64,000 nt of DNA, from NCBI GenBank assembly GCA_963696295.1, contig CAVOJR010000001.1:2240001-2304000 (forward strand). The letters run 5' to 3'. Both the position numbers and the translations under genes were made by a program. Shown piece after piece: positions 16,719 through 25,979 of this stretch. The number at the start of each line of letters is the position of its first letter. Within the stretch, counting starts at the first letter, position 1. Below the pieces are notes generated by a model. It made no database searches. It was not told where the DNA came from and saw only the letters and a list, made by a program, of their open reading frames with translations. Source of the DNA: an uncultured Chlamydiae bacterium (GTDB lineage: Bacteria; Chlamydiota; Chlamydiia; Chlamydiales; JAJFMB01).

Positions 16719-18854
16719 GTGTCTAGTCGACTGGTTAACGACAACGAACTCAAATTTGCGAAAGAGCAAAGCTTTTTTGAAAAAAGCCTCTTTATCCGTT
16801 TTCTGATAGGCTTTTTCTTTACCCTCTGCCTCTTTGCCTTCCTGCACTTCCGCGAGGTGCGGGTCGAGGTGCTCGAACTGAACCGCACGGCCCCAAATTT
16901 TGTCGTGGCGCAAATCGATTTTGATTACTTTGATGAAAAAGCGACGATCATCTTAAAGCAGGAAGCGATCAGAGATCTCGGAAAGATTTATCAGATTTCC
17001 GAAAAGGAAGTGCGCAATCAGCGGATCGAGTATGAAAATTTCCTGGTCTATAACTCCTCCTGGCGCAATGAAAATGAGGATTCCACCTTTGAAAAAATGT
17101 ATAAAGGGGGAGAAGCGGTAGAAAAAATTTTACTGCAGCTGCGCTTCACCGATCCCCGCACCTATCAAAAAATTGAGGAGGTGAAGTCCCCGACCGCTAA
17201 CTACCTTATCTACACTCCCGCTAATCTTTTAGAGCCGGATACGCTGCCTAAGCCCATTTGGAATTACGTTAAAGAGAAGGCGATAAAGGAGAAGGGGACT
17301 AGTGAAAAAGGGGTCGATTTCGCTGTCCGCTTTTTTGAAAACAAGGGGTGGTTGATCGAACCCGACCTCTCCTCCGAGAAATTTTTACGCAAAAAGATTC
17401 AAAACAGCATCCCCGATAAATACAGCCATGTTAAGGCCGGCAGCCGGTTGATCGACCAGGGGGAAAAGATCACATCCCAGCATATCGTCATGCTGCAGGC
17501 GATGAAGGTGGCGCTCGGCAAGCAGCGCAATTTATGGCACCCTCTGACGCTGCTCGGCACGCTGATCATCACCTTGCTCGGCGTCGGCGTCTGCGTGGCC
17601 TATTTCCGCAGCACGCAGCCCCAGCTTTTAAAGTCTAACCGCAAGCTGTTTCTGATCGCGACGATTGCGATTCTCACTTTAGGCCTGGCAAAGGCCACCG
17701 AGCTCTTTCTCCTCTACTCCAAGACCAATTGGATCGAGGTGGTGCGCTATCCGATTTTTGTTCCCTTTGCCGCCATTTTGCTCTGCAGCCTGATCAACGC
17801 GACAACGGCGGCATTCGCGAGCGGCTTCCTCGCTGTGGTATTGACGATGACGCTCGCTTTTGACCGGCAGGAATTTCTGGTGCTGAATATGGTGGCCGCC
17901 TTAGTGGCCATCCTGTGCGCCCGCAGTTTGAAAAAACGGAAAGAAGTGTTTGTGGTCTGCTTCAAAGCCTGGCTCGCCAGTGTGGCGGTTCTCATCTCAT
18001 TTCAGCTCTCCCAGGACAAAATCTGGGAATTTGGAATGTTATCAGACCTTTTTAGCTCCATCATATTTATGCTGCTTACGGCGATTTTGGTTGTTGGCCT
18101 GCTTCCTTTGCTGGAGTCCACTTTCCGCATCATGACCGACGCGACTTTGATGGAGTATATGGATCCTAACAATGAGCTGTTAAGGCGCCTTTCCATTGAA
18201 GCTCCGGGAACCTATCAACACTCAGTCATCGTCGGCAATCTGGCCGAGTCGGCGGCCCTGGCCATCGGCGCAAACGGTTTATTTTGCCGCGTCTCGACTC
18301 TTTATCACGATATCGGCAAGATGGCGACGCCCCAATATTTCACCGAGAATCAGCATGGCAGCATGAATATCCATCAGCTTTTGACTCCGCAAGAATCGAC
18401 GCAGGTGATTATGGCCCATGTGAGCGAGGGGGTGGCCATGGCGCGCAAAAGCGGCCTGCCGGAACAATTTATCGACATCATCAAAGAGCATCACGGCACG
18501 ACGCGGGTCTACTATTTTTACCACAAGCAGCTGGAAAAAATGGGCAATGACAAAAGTTTGATCAACGAAAACGAATTTCGCTACTCGGGGCCAAAGCCGC
18601 GCAGCAAAGAGTCTACCATAATCATGATCGCAGATTCGCTGGAAGCCGCTTCGCGGTCCCTGGATAAATTCGATGAGAAATCAGTGGAGGAGCTGGCCGG
18701 CCGCTTAATCCGCGACAAAGCCGAAGACGGGCAATTTGATCACAGCCTGTTAACCTTGGAGGAGTTGGCCAAGGTGAAAGAGACGCTGATCAAAACGATT
18801 GTGGCTTACGGCCATTCCAGAGTCAAATACCCTGCGAAGGAATCCTATGTTTAA
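16719..18854 (+). CDS. 7TM-HD (HDIG) phosphohydrolase, PgpH-like
   Basis: N-terminal TM, extracytoplasmic domain and multi-TM region, then EAPGTYQHS, LYHDIGK, YFTENQ, EHHGT, MIADSLEAASRSL. Confidence 0.9.
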   Translation: MSSRLVNDNELKFAKEQSFFEKSLFIRFLIGFFFTLCLFAFLHFREVRVEVLELNRTAPNFVVAQIDFDYFDEKATIILKQEAIRDLGKIYQISEKEVRNQRIEYENFLVYNSSWRNENEDSTFEKMYKGGEAVEKILLQLRFTDPRTYQKIEEVKSPTANYLIYTPANLLEPDTLPKPIWNYVKEKAIKEKGTSEKGVDFAVRFFENKGWLIEPDLSSEKFLRKKIQNSIPDKYSHVKAGSRLIDQGEKITSQHIVMLQAMKVALGKQRNLWHPLTLLGTLIITLLGVGVCVAYFRSTQPQLLKSNRKLFLIATIAILTLGLAKATELFLLYSKTNWIEVVRYPIFVPFAAILLCSLINATTAAFASGFLAVVLTMTLAFDRQEFLVLNMVAALVAILCARSLKKRKEVFVVCFKAWLASVAVLISFQLSQDKIWEFGMLSDLFSSIIFMLLTAILVVGLLPLLESTFRIMTDATLMEYMDPNNELLRRLSIEAPGTYQHSVIVGNLAESAALAIGANGLFCRVSTLYHDIGKMATPQYFTENQHGSMNIHQLLTPQESTQVIMAHVSEGVAMARKSGLPEQFIDIIKEHHGTTRVYYFYHKQLEKMGNDKSLINENEFRYSGPKPRSKESTIIMIADSLEAASRSLDKFDEKSVEELAGRLIRDKAEDGQFDHSLLTLEELAKVKETLIKTIVAYGHSRVKYPAKESYV

Positions 18855-19605
18855 TTACGCCCTGGTTACCGGAGCGACTTCCGGGATTGGCGAGGCGCTC
18901 TGCCATTTGCTAGCGGAAAAAAAGATCAGCCTGATCATCACCGGCCGCGATGAGGAAAAACTGCAGGCGCTCTCTGAGGCTTTACCAGTGCCAGTGAAGG
19001 CCATTAAAGCCGATTTGACCGCGGATCGCGAAAAAGTGGTCGGGGCGATCAGAGAATATGCCCCTGAGCTGATCATCAATAATGCCGGCGCGGGCCTCTA
19101 CGGAGAGATTTTCAGCCACTCCACCGAGGCGCAGATGGCATTGATGAGTCTGAATTGCGATGCGCTTTTGCAATTGACCTTGGAGGGGGCAAAAACGCTC
19201 CGGGCAAGCGGGAAGCGGGGGGTGATCCTCAATGTTTCTTCTGCGGCTGCCATGCTGCCCTTTCCCTGCTTTTCGATCTATAGCGCGACAAAAGCTTTTG
19301 TGAATCAATTGTCGATCTCTTTAGACGCCGAACTAAATGGCTATGGGATACGAGTTCTGGCCGCCTGCCCCGGCATGGTGCGCACGCACTTTCGTGAGAG
19401 GGCTGCCGGTAAGGCGGGATCCAGCCATTCCCAATCGATGGATGCGAGAGAAGCCGCGGAGCATATCTGGTGGCAGATTAACGCGGGCAAGCCGCTCTAT
19501 GTGTTCAACTGGAAGTATCGCCTATCGATTCTCTTTGCCAAATACCTTGTTCCTAAGTCTATGTTAATGAAGATATTAAGAAGAAGCGTCGAGGGGATTC
19601 GCTAA
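18847..19605 (+). CDS. Short-chain dehydrogenase/reductase
   Basis: TGATSGIG, NNAG, YSATK. Confidence 0.93.
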   Translation: MFNYALVTGATSGIGEALCHLLAEKKISLIITGRDEEKLQALSEALPVPVKAIKADLTADREKVVGAIREYAPELIINNAGAGLYGEIFSHSTEAQMALMSLNCDALLQLTLEGAKTLRASGKRGVILNVSSAAAMLPFPCFSIYSATKAFVNQLSISLDAELNGYGIRVLAACPGMVRTHFRERAAGKAGSSHSQSMDAREAAEHIWWQINAGKPLYVFNWKYRLSILFAKYLVPKSMLMKILRRSVEGIR

Positions 19606-19666
19606 CCGCTAGTTCATATGATGCATAGTTTTACCAAACCTTTTTCTCTTGAGCAAGCTTTTGCGA

Positions 19667-21382
19667 TCATGCAACAGCGCCGTTGAGGGCCTCAATATAG
19701 CGGCGGGCCAGCCGGCGGCATTCGGCAAGCGTCGCTGTTTTCGAATGCACGCCGCAGTAAATCTTGATTTTGGGCTCGGTGCCTGAGGGGCGCACCATCA
19801 GCTTGGTCCCATCTTCCAGCCAAAAAATTAAGACGTTGGACTTGGGAAGGTGGAGCGCTTCAGTCGTGCCCTTTTCGATGCGGATCGAGCGGCGGTAATC
19901 TTCTGTCGCGGCGATCCGGCAATTCAAAAGATGGCTGGGAGGGGAGTTTTGCAGCTTTTCCATGACCGCGGCCATCTGCTCCCTTCCCTCTTTGGTCTCG
20001 GGAAAGTGGAGGGCATAAAGCTCATCGGCGTAGTTTCCATATTTTGCGTAGAGGTTATTGAGTTTGTCTATCAGCGTTTTTCCTTCCCGTTTGGCGTGCA
20101 GGGCGGCTTCGGCGATCAGAGCGCAGGAGATGATGGCGTCTTTGTCGCGCGTATAGGTGCCGCGCATATAGCCGTAGGATTCTTCCGCGCCGAAAATAAA
20201 CTGGTAGCTCGATGCGAGCTCCCAGGCGTGGATTTTTTCGGCGATGTATTTGAAGCCGGTGAGGACGTTGAAGCAGGGGATTTGGTGGGCGTCGGCGATG
20301 GCCTGAAAGAGCTCTGTGGTGACGATCGTTTTGATGCAGGCTCCATTTTTCGGGAGGTGTAAGCCGCTTAAAACATGCTCGAGGAGCAGGCAGGCGACCT
20401 GGTTGCCGTTCAACCGGATGGTTTGCCCTGCATGCTTGACTATGACCCCTACCCGGTCGGCATCGGGATCGGTGGCGAGCAGCAGATCGCTCTCATTTTC
20501 CCGCATGGTTTTGAGGCCCAATTCCAGCGCCGCATCTTCTTCCGGATTGGGAGCGGCAACGGTGGGAAAATCGCCGTCGGGAGCGATCTGCTCATTGACG
20601 AGGTGCAAGTTGGGAAATCCCCATTTGGCAAAGGCTTTTGGGATTAAAGTGATCCCTGTTCCGTGCAAACTGGTGTAGGTGATTTTGAGCAGACTGCCGA
20701 ATTTCTGGTTTTCCCCGGGAAAGTTTTGCAGCGCGCTGACAGCGGCGAGATACGCCTCATCAACCTCGGCATATTCGATGAGGGGGTGGCAGAGAGAATC
20801 GCACATTTTAACCTGGGAGGCATCGCTAATTTTTTCCACTTCAGCGATAATCCCGGCATCGTGAGGGGGGATCACCTGGCCGCCATCGCTCCAATAGACT
20901 TTGTAGCCATTATAGGCCGCCGGATTGTGGGAGGCGGTGATCGCGATGGCCGCCTGGCACTTTTTGAAGCGGCAGGCAAAGGAGATATAAGGCACGGGGC
21001 GCATTTGCGGGCAGAGGAAAACGGGGATTTGATGTGCTGCCAGCACTTTGGCGGCCACTTCGGCAAACTCTTGCGAGTGGTGTCTTGAGTCGTAGCCGAT
21101 GAAGACGCCGCTTTTATCCTGTTCCGGGTGGGCCAGGATATATCGAGCCAGCCCTGCGGTGGCTGAGCGGATGGTATAAGCATTGATGCGGTTGGAGCCG
21201 ACCCCCATCAGGCCTCTTAAGCCCCCGGTGCCAAAAGAAAGAGTGGAGTAGAAGGCGTCGGCGGCCTCGCTTGGATGATCGCGTATCAGGTCGCGGATCG
21301 TTTGCTTGGTTTCTTCGTCATAATGCCCATTCAGCCAAAGATCGAGGTTTTTTTGCGTGGCGGCGTCGAATTTGGTAATCAT
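19667..21382 (-). CDS. Phosphoglucomutase/phosphomannomutase
   Basis: FGTGGLRG, TASHNP, DPDADR, GAEES, RPSGTEPKIK. Confidence 0.95.
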   Translation of the reverse strand: MITKFDAATQKNLDLWLNGHYDEETKQTIRDLIRDHPSEAADAFYSTLSFGTGGLRGLMGVGSNRINAYTIRSATAGLARYILAHPEQDKSGVFIGYDSRHHSQEFAEVAAKVLAAHQIPVFLCPQMRPVPYISFACRFKKCQAAIAITASHNPAAYNGYKVYWSDGGQVIPPHDAGIIAEVEKISDASQVKMCDSLCHPLIEYAEVDEAYLAAVSALQNFPGENQKFGSLLKITYTSLHGTGITLIPKAFAKWGFPNLHLVNEQIAPDGDFPTVAAPNPEEDAALELGLKTMRENESDLLLATDPDADRVGVIVKHAGQTIRLNGNQVACLLLEHVLSGLHLPKNGACIKTIVTTELFQAIADAHQIPCFNVLTGFKYIAEKIHAWELASSYQFIFGAEESYGYMRGTYTRDKDAIISCALIAEAALHAKREGKTLIDKLNNLYAKYGNYADELYALHFPETKEGREQMAAVMEKLQNSPPSHLLNCRIAATEDYRRSIRIEKGTTEALHLPKSNVLIFWLEDGTKLMVRPSGTEPKIKIYCGVHSKTATLAECRRLARRYIEALNGAVA

Positions 21383-21518
21383 AAGGTAGGATCATCAGCA
21401 ACACCATTTATTTTATCAAGATCTTTTTACGGGGTCTCCAATACAAAATGGAAAACAGAAAATTGGCAATGGGTAAGAGGTGGTCATTTGAGGAACTTTA
21501 AACATTTCTTGAACCGAT

Positions 21519-22100
21519 TTACTTCAAACTATTTTCAGTTTTTGAATCCAGGGCACTCTTCATAATGAGGTAGATCGGCAGAAAGGAAAGGAGGGTGGGG
21601 ATGGGAGAGGATAAAAGTTTTGTTTGATAAATTGAAACCATGATAATAGAGCGCGTCGAATGAGCCACATAAGTTGGGAAAAATCCATACTTTTCTCGAG
21701 AGATACCAAATCCTACTCCCATGGAAAAGCTCTGTAAAAGAACAAAAATTTTCATTTCCGGCAGTGAACTTTGGGTAATCCCATAAGAAAACAAAGCAGC
21801 CGTACAGAAAATTCTAATGACTTTGCCAGTTGTTTCATTCATGGATCCTGTGAACTGGGAAAAGGCTTTTCTTTGAATAAGTTCTCTATATAATCCCTCT
21901 ACTATAAAAGGGCTAGATAGTGGTCAATTGGGGAGTTTTGAACGATTCATGAAGAATTTTTGATGCCTGGCAGTAACCTAATTTTTGGGCCGTGAATAGA
22001 ACGAGAGCTTCCAGCGTAACTGTTCCCAGGCAGACAAAGACACTTTTAGTTGCCTGCTGGCATTTGTCAGAGGATGCGCGCCATTGATTAAAATTTGCAT
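21519..22100 (-). pseudogene. Probable frameshifted CPBP/Abi (CAAX protease-like) gene
   Basis: Three frames can be joined: MQI.., ..QATKSVFVCLGTVTLEALVLF.., ..SPFIVEGLYRELIQ..IRIFCTAALFSYG..MGVGFGISREKYGFFPTYVAH. This is a degenerate EExxxR / FxxxH / HxxxN layout. Confidence 0.5.
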
Positions 22101-22110
22101 AAAGCCTCGT

Positions 22111-22536
22111 TTATTTTACTGTGTCTTTACTCTCTGCCAGCTGCTCCTGGATGATTTTGAGCGGCACCACAGGGGCGCTGTCATTAATCCCTTCGCAAAA
22201 GGTTTTAGCTTCCTCCCACTCCTTTTCGGTTTTGAGATTCTGCTGCCACCAGGGGTAGGTGCGGCACTGGACCGGTCGCACCGGGTAGATCGAGCATTTT
22301 TTGCCCTCTAAAAAGACGCAGTCGTAGTTCTTCGGGCCTTCCAGGAGGGCGAAGCGGTTGTTCACCTGCCGCAAATAGCGCTTCCGGAATTGTTTCAAAT
22401 TCATTTTGAGGTAGATCGCTATGGCTTTGATCTCCTCTTCCGTAACCCAGGCGTAGCCGGGGAAACCGGTGCAGCACTTGCCGCAGCCTGTGCATTTGAA
22501 TTTGAGACCCTCTTTATACCAGGGCAGTTCGCTCAT
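22111..22536 (-). CDS. YkgJ-family cysteine-cluster protein
   Basis: CTGCGKCC, CVFL, CSIYPVRPVQCRTYPWW, CEGI. Confidence 0.9.
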   Translation of the reverse strand: MSELPWYKEGLKFKCTGCGKCCTGFPGYAWVTEEEIKAIAIYLKMNLKQFRKRYLRQVNNRFALLEGPKNYDCVFLEGKKCSIYPVRPVQCRTYPWWQQNLKTEKEWEEAKTFCEGINDSAPVVPLKIIQEQLAESKDTVK

Positions 22537-22649
22537 TCCCGGTCCTTGAGGATCTGGCGGATTCCGGCCACGACAAACAGGATGAGGAAAATGGCGCAGA
22601 TAATGCCGACAACTGCGGCTTCCACGTACAAACTTCCGAGAAATAACAT
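22533..22649 (-). CDS. 38-aa single-TM microprotein
   Basis: MLFLGSLYVEAAVVGIICAIFLILFVVAGIRQILKDRE. RBS GGAG 8 nt upstream; its TGA overlaps the YkgJ ATG (ATGA). Confidence 0.7.
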   Translation of the reverse strand: MLFLGSLYVEAAVVGIICAIFLILFVVAGIRQILKDRE

Positions 22650-22673
22650 GATGAGCGCTCCAAAAAAGAGCCT

Positions 22674-22724
22674 ATTTTAAAGCAATACATTCCCGTTGTC
22701 AACAAACAACTCTTCTGCTAGAGT
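22674..22724. promoter_or_regulatory. Overlapping divergent promoters
   Basis: Minus: TTGACA-N17-TAAAAT (22702 to 22674). Plus: TTGTCA-N17-TAGAGT with extended TG (22696-22724). The -35 boxes overlap. Confidence 0.6.
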
Positions 22725-22740
22725 GCTGGTGATTAATTTA

Positions 22741-22861
22741 ATTCTGCTTTGTGCAATTTTTGAACGAAGATTCCGAGATGAGGCAAACTCCAGCGTAATG
22801 AATTTTGAAGGATCGGGTATTCATACCCATCCTGAGAAATTCATATTGCACAAAGCCGAGT
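22741..22861 (+). promoter_or_regulatory. Structured 5' leader element (candidate cis-regulatory RNA or degenerate MITE)
   Basis: Perfect 12-bp inverted repeat GCTTTGTGCAAT/ATTGCACAAAGC enclosing a long hairpin ATGAATTT..AGGAT.GGGTA-TTCA-TACCC.ATCCT..AAATTCAT. Confidence 0.5.
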
Positions 22862-22873
22862 GTAAAACATTTT

Positions 22874-24262
22874 ATGGCAAAGCAAAGAGAACATTGGAGC
22901 ACCCACCTTGGGTTTATGCTGGCCGCCGCCGGTTCGGCGATCGGTCTTGGCACCCTATGGAAATTCCCCTATGTGATCGGTCAAAATGGGGGCGGCCTTT
23001 TTGTCATCTGCTTCGTTTTCTTTATTTTTGTGATCGGCATTCCGATATTTATCGCCGAACTGCTTCTAGGCCGGAAAGCGCAAAGGGGGGCCGTCGGCAT
23101 CTTCGCTTCCCTGTCAAACGATTCGACTGTCTGGAAATCGGCCGGCTGGCTGGGGGTAGCCTCTTCCTTTTTGATCATGTCCTTTTACAGCGTGGTAGCC
23201 GGCTGGAGCATGAACTATGTGCTGATGTCTCTCAATCAGTCCTATGAAAACTTATCCTCTATCCAGGTCGCCCATATTTTCGATATTTTAGTCTCTTCGG
23301 GCGATATCACCCTTTTTTGGCATTTCCTCTTTACGGCCCTTACCATTGCCGTGGTTTATGGGGGGGTACGGCAGGGGATCGAGTATTGGACCAAGTTTAT
23401 GACATCGGCGCTCTTCCTGATGCTCGTGCTTTTATGCATCTATAGCTCCACCTTGGAAGGATTTAAGGATGCCGTGCATTTTATGCTCTCTCCCGAGTAT
23501 AAAGAATTTAATTTCTCCTCGATTTTAGAAGCGCTCGGCCTCTCGTTTTTTACTTTAAGCCTAGGCCAGGGGATCATGCTTACCTACGGCAGCTATATGC
23601 GGGAGGATGAGGATATTCCGGGAACAGCCGTTATCATCGCCCTGATGATCATTCTGACCGCTATTTTGGCCGGCCTGACGATTTTCTCGGTGGTTTTTAC
23701 GTTCGGCTTCTCCCCTCAGGAAGGGTATGGGTTGATTTTTAAAACCCTCCCCCTGCTCTTTGCGCGTCTGCCCGGCTCTTTGCTGATATCAACGACATTT
23801 TTTATTCTGCTGGTCTTCACCGCGCTGACTTCTTCGGTGGCTTTGGTGGAGGTCGTGGTGGCCAACTTCATGGATCTGCTCAACTGGTCGCGCCGCAAAG
23901 CGACTTTGATTACAGGCGCCGCCTGTTTTATTGTCGGGATACCGAGCGCCCTGTCCGGCACAGGCACTTTGTTTGCCAATTGGCAGGCGATCTACGGGAA
24001 AACATTTTTTGAAACGATTAATGAGCTTGTGTCTGTGTGGTTTTTGCCGATCGACGGCTTGATGATTGCGCTTTTTGTCGGCTGGTTTTTTGATAAAGAG
24101 ATAAGCCGTGAAGAGTTAAGGACCGGGACGACCTGGAAGTGGGTATGGCGCCCCTGGATATTTTTCATCCGCTGGATTGCTCCGATCGGCATTGTCTTAG
24201 TCTTGTTGCAAAAAGCCAAATTCATCGATTTCGATGCCTGGATTCATTGGCTAAATTCTTGA
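22874..24262 (+). CDS. Sodium-dependent transporter, NSS/SNF family
   Basis: REHWSTHLGFMLAAAGSAIGLGTLWKFPY, NGGG, SFFTLSLG, TYGSY. Confidence 0.95.
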   Translation: MAKQREHWSTHLGFMLAAAGSAIGLGTLWKFPYVIGQNGGGLFVICFVFFIFVIGIPIFIAELLLGRKAQRGAVGIFASLSNDSTVWKSAGWLGVASSFLIMSFYSVVAGWSMNYVLMSLNQSYENLSSIQVAHIFDILVSSGDITLFWHFLFTALTIAVVYGGVRQGIEYWTKFMTSALFLMLVLLCIYSSTLEGFKDAVHFMLSPEYKEFNFSSILEALGLSFFTLSLGQGIMLTYGSYMREDEDIPGTAVIIALMIILTAILAGLTIFSVVFTFGFSPQEGYGLIFKTLPLLFARLPGSLLISTTFFILLVFTALTSSVALVEVVVANFMDLLNWSRRKATLITGAACFIVGIPSALSGTGTLFANWQAIYGKTFFETINELVSVWFLPIDGLMIALFVGWFFDKEISREELRTGTTWKWVWRPWIFFIRWIAPIGIVLVLLQKAKFIDFDAWIHWLNS

Positions 24263-24981
24263 CTAATAGCAATTCTTGAGATTTCAAATTGGCCGTTGAC
24301 CTCTTCTACGGCGAATACTTCGGCCAGCAGATCTTTGGAAAGGACTTCTCGCGTCGGGCCATGGGCGATGCAGACGCCCTGGTTTAAAATGGCGGCGTCG
24401 TCGCAAAAGCGCTTCACGCCGGCGACATCATGGGTAGCCACAATCACGATTTTTCCTTGGGCGGCGAGCGCCTGAAGCAGCTGCCAGATCTCGATCTGGT
24501 GCTTGATATCGAGGTTGGAGGCGGGTTCGTCCAGCAGCAGGATGGGGGATTCGGTCATGAGGGCCCTCGCAATGTAAATGCGCTGCCGCTCTCCGATCGA
24601 GAGATGGGTGATCCGTCTGTCTGCCAGATGCCACGCATCGACCGTTTTGAGGGAGTGTTCTAAAAGAGCAGCGTTCGAGCTCTCCTGGGCGTAGCGCCCC
24701 ATCTCAACCACCTCGCGCACGGTAAAATCAAAATGGATCTGCACTTCTTGCGGCACAAGCGAAAGGGTGCGGCTGATTTGCCGCCGCTCCATTTTGTGCA
24801 AAGCTTCCCCTTGCCAATAGACTTGGCCTGAGGTGGGGCGCCAAATTTTGGCCATGGCTTTGAAGAAGGTCGATTTGCCGGAGCCGTTCGGGCCTAAAAT
24901 CCCGTATAGGCGTCCGGGAAAAAATTTTAAACTGATCCCTTTAATCAGGGTGTGGAATTCCAGCCGGTCGGTCTCTAGCAT
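24244..24981 (-). CDS. ABC ATPase, FecE/BtuD-like
   Basis: GPNGSGKST, LSIGERQR, LLLDEP, ATHD. Confidence 0.93.
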   Translation of the reverse strand: MLETDRLEFHTLIKGISLKFFPGRLYGILGPNGSGKSTFFKAMAKIWRPTSGQVYWQGEALHKMERRQISRTLSLVPQEVQIHFDFTVREVVEMGRYAQESSNAALLEHSLKTVDAWHLADRRITHLSIGERQRIYIARALMTESPILLLDEPASNLDIKHQIEIWQLLQALAAQGKIVIVATHDVAGVKRFCDDAAILNQGVCIAHGPTREVLSKDLLAEVFAVEEVNGQFEISRIAISQEFSQ

Positions 24982-25979
24982 GGGCTGAGCCCCTTTTTGC
25001 CCGTGCCAAAGAGGAGCATCACGAAGAAAAAAGCGCCTAAAATCGCCGACACATTGCCGATGGAAAACGCCTGAATTTCAAAAACGCGTAAAGAGATATC
25101 CAGGCAAGCCAAAGTTGTGCTGCCGGCAAGCAGGCATAAAGGGATCAGGCGCCTGGCGTTAGGTCCGGAGAGATAGCGCATGAGGTGGGGCAGCACCAGG
25201 CCGAAAAAGGCGATGATGCCGACCGCAGCGATGGCCCCGCCGGTGAGCAGGGCGATACAAAGAAACAGGCGCCAGCGCACTGTCCTCACATCCACGCCGA
25301 GGTTGGCTGCCTCCTCTTCCCCCAAAGCGAGGATGTCGATCTCTTTGGTGTAGAACCAGCAGCCGATCAGGCCGACGATGGTGAGGGGGAGCTGCATATG
25401 CACATGCTGCCAGTTGCGGTCGGTGGTCGAGCCGGCTTCCCACTCGGTCAGGGTTTGAATCAGCTGCCAGCGGTCCCGCAAAGAATAGGTAAGAGCGCCT
25501 TGCAGAGCCAGTATGAGGGAGGAAATGGCGATGCCGCTCAAAATGAGCATCTGCATCTGCATGCCCCCCTGAAGGCGGGAGATCGCGTAGACCAGCATGA
25601 GCGTGCAAAGGCAGCCGGAAAAGGCGGCGACCGGCACGGCGAAAGGGTAATGGATGTTCCAGCCGGATGCGAAGATCAAAACGACAAACAGGCTGCCGCC
25701 GCACGAGATCCCAAGGACGCTGGGAGAGGCGAGCGGATTTTGAAAGAGCGCCTGCATCACAGCTCCCGACACGGCGAGGGAGGCTCCGGTGCAGAGGATC
25801 ACGATCAGCCTCGGCACTCTTTCATCCAGCAAAGGATTCCATCCGGTGTGACCCAGCAAAAGACGCTGCTTGGCCCCTTCCCAGACGATTTCAAAGGGGG
25901 TTTCGCCGAATCTCAGCGTCAGCCATGAGGAGAGAAGGAGGAGGAGGAGGAAAAGGGCAAAGACAGAAAACTTTCTCAT
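24975..25979 (-). CDS. ABC permease, FecCD/BtuC family
   Basis: ERVPR, QALFQNPLASPSVLGIS, LGEEEAANLGV, GIIAFFGLVLPH. Confidence 0.95.
   Translation of the reverse strand: MRKFSVFALFLLLLLLSSWLTLRFGETPFEIVWEGAKQRLLLGHTGWNPLLDERVPRLIVILCTGASLAVSGAVMQALFQNPLASPSVLGISCGGSLFVVLIFASGWNIHYPFAVPVAAFSGCLCTLMLVYAISRLQGGMQMQMLILSGIAISSLILALQGALTYSLRDRWQLIQTLTEWEAGSTTDRNWQHVHMQLPLTIVGLIGCWFYTKEIDILALGEEEAANLGVDVRTVRWRLFLCIALLTGGAIAAVGIIAFFGLVLPHLMRYLSGPNARRLIPLCLLAGSTTLACLDISLRVFEIQAFSIGNVSAILGAFFFVMLLFGTGKKGLSPC

Noticed and set aside
21964..22068. Possible ncRNA (TGCCTGG/CCAGGCA and GACAAA/TTTGTC stems)
   Set aside because: The stems are short and lie within the probable CPBP pseudogene coding sequence.
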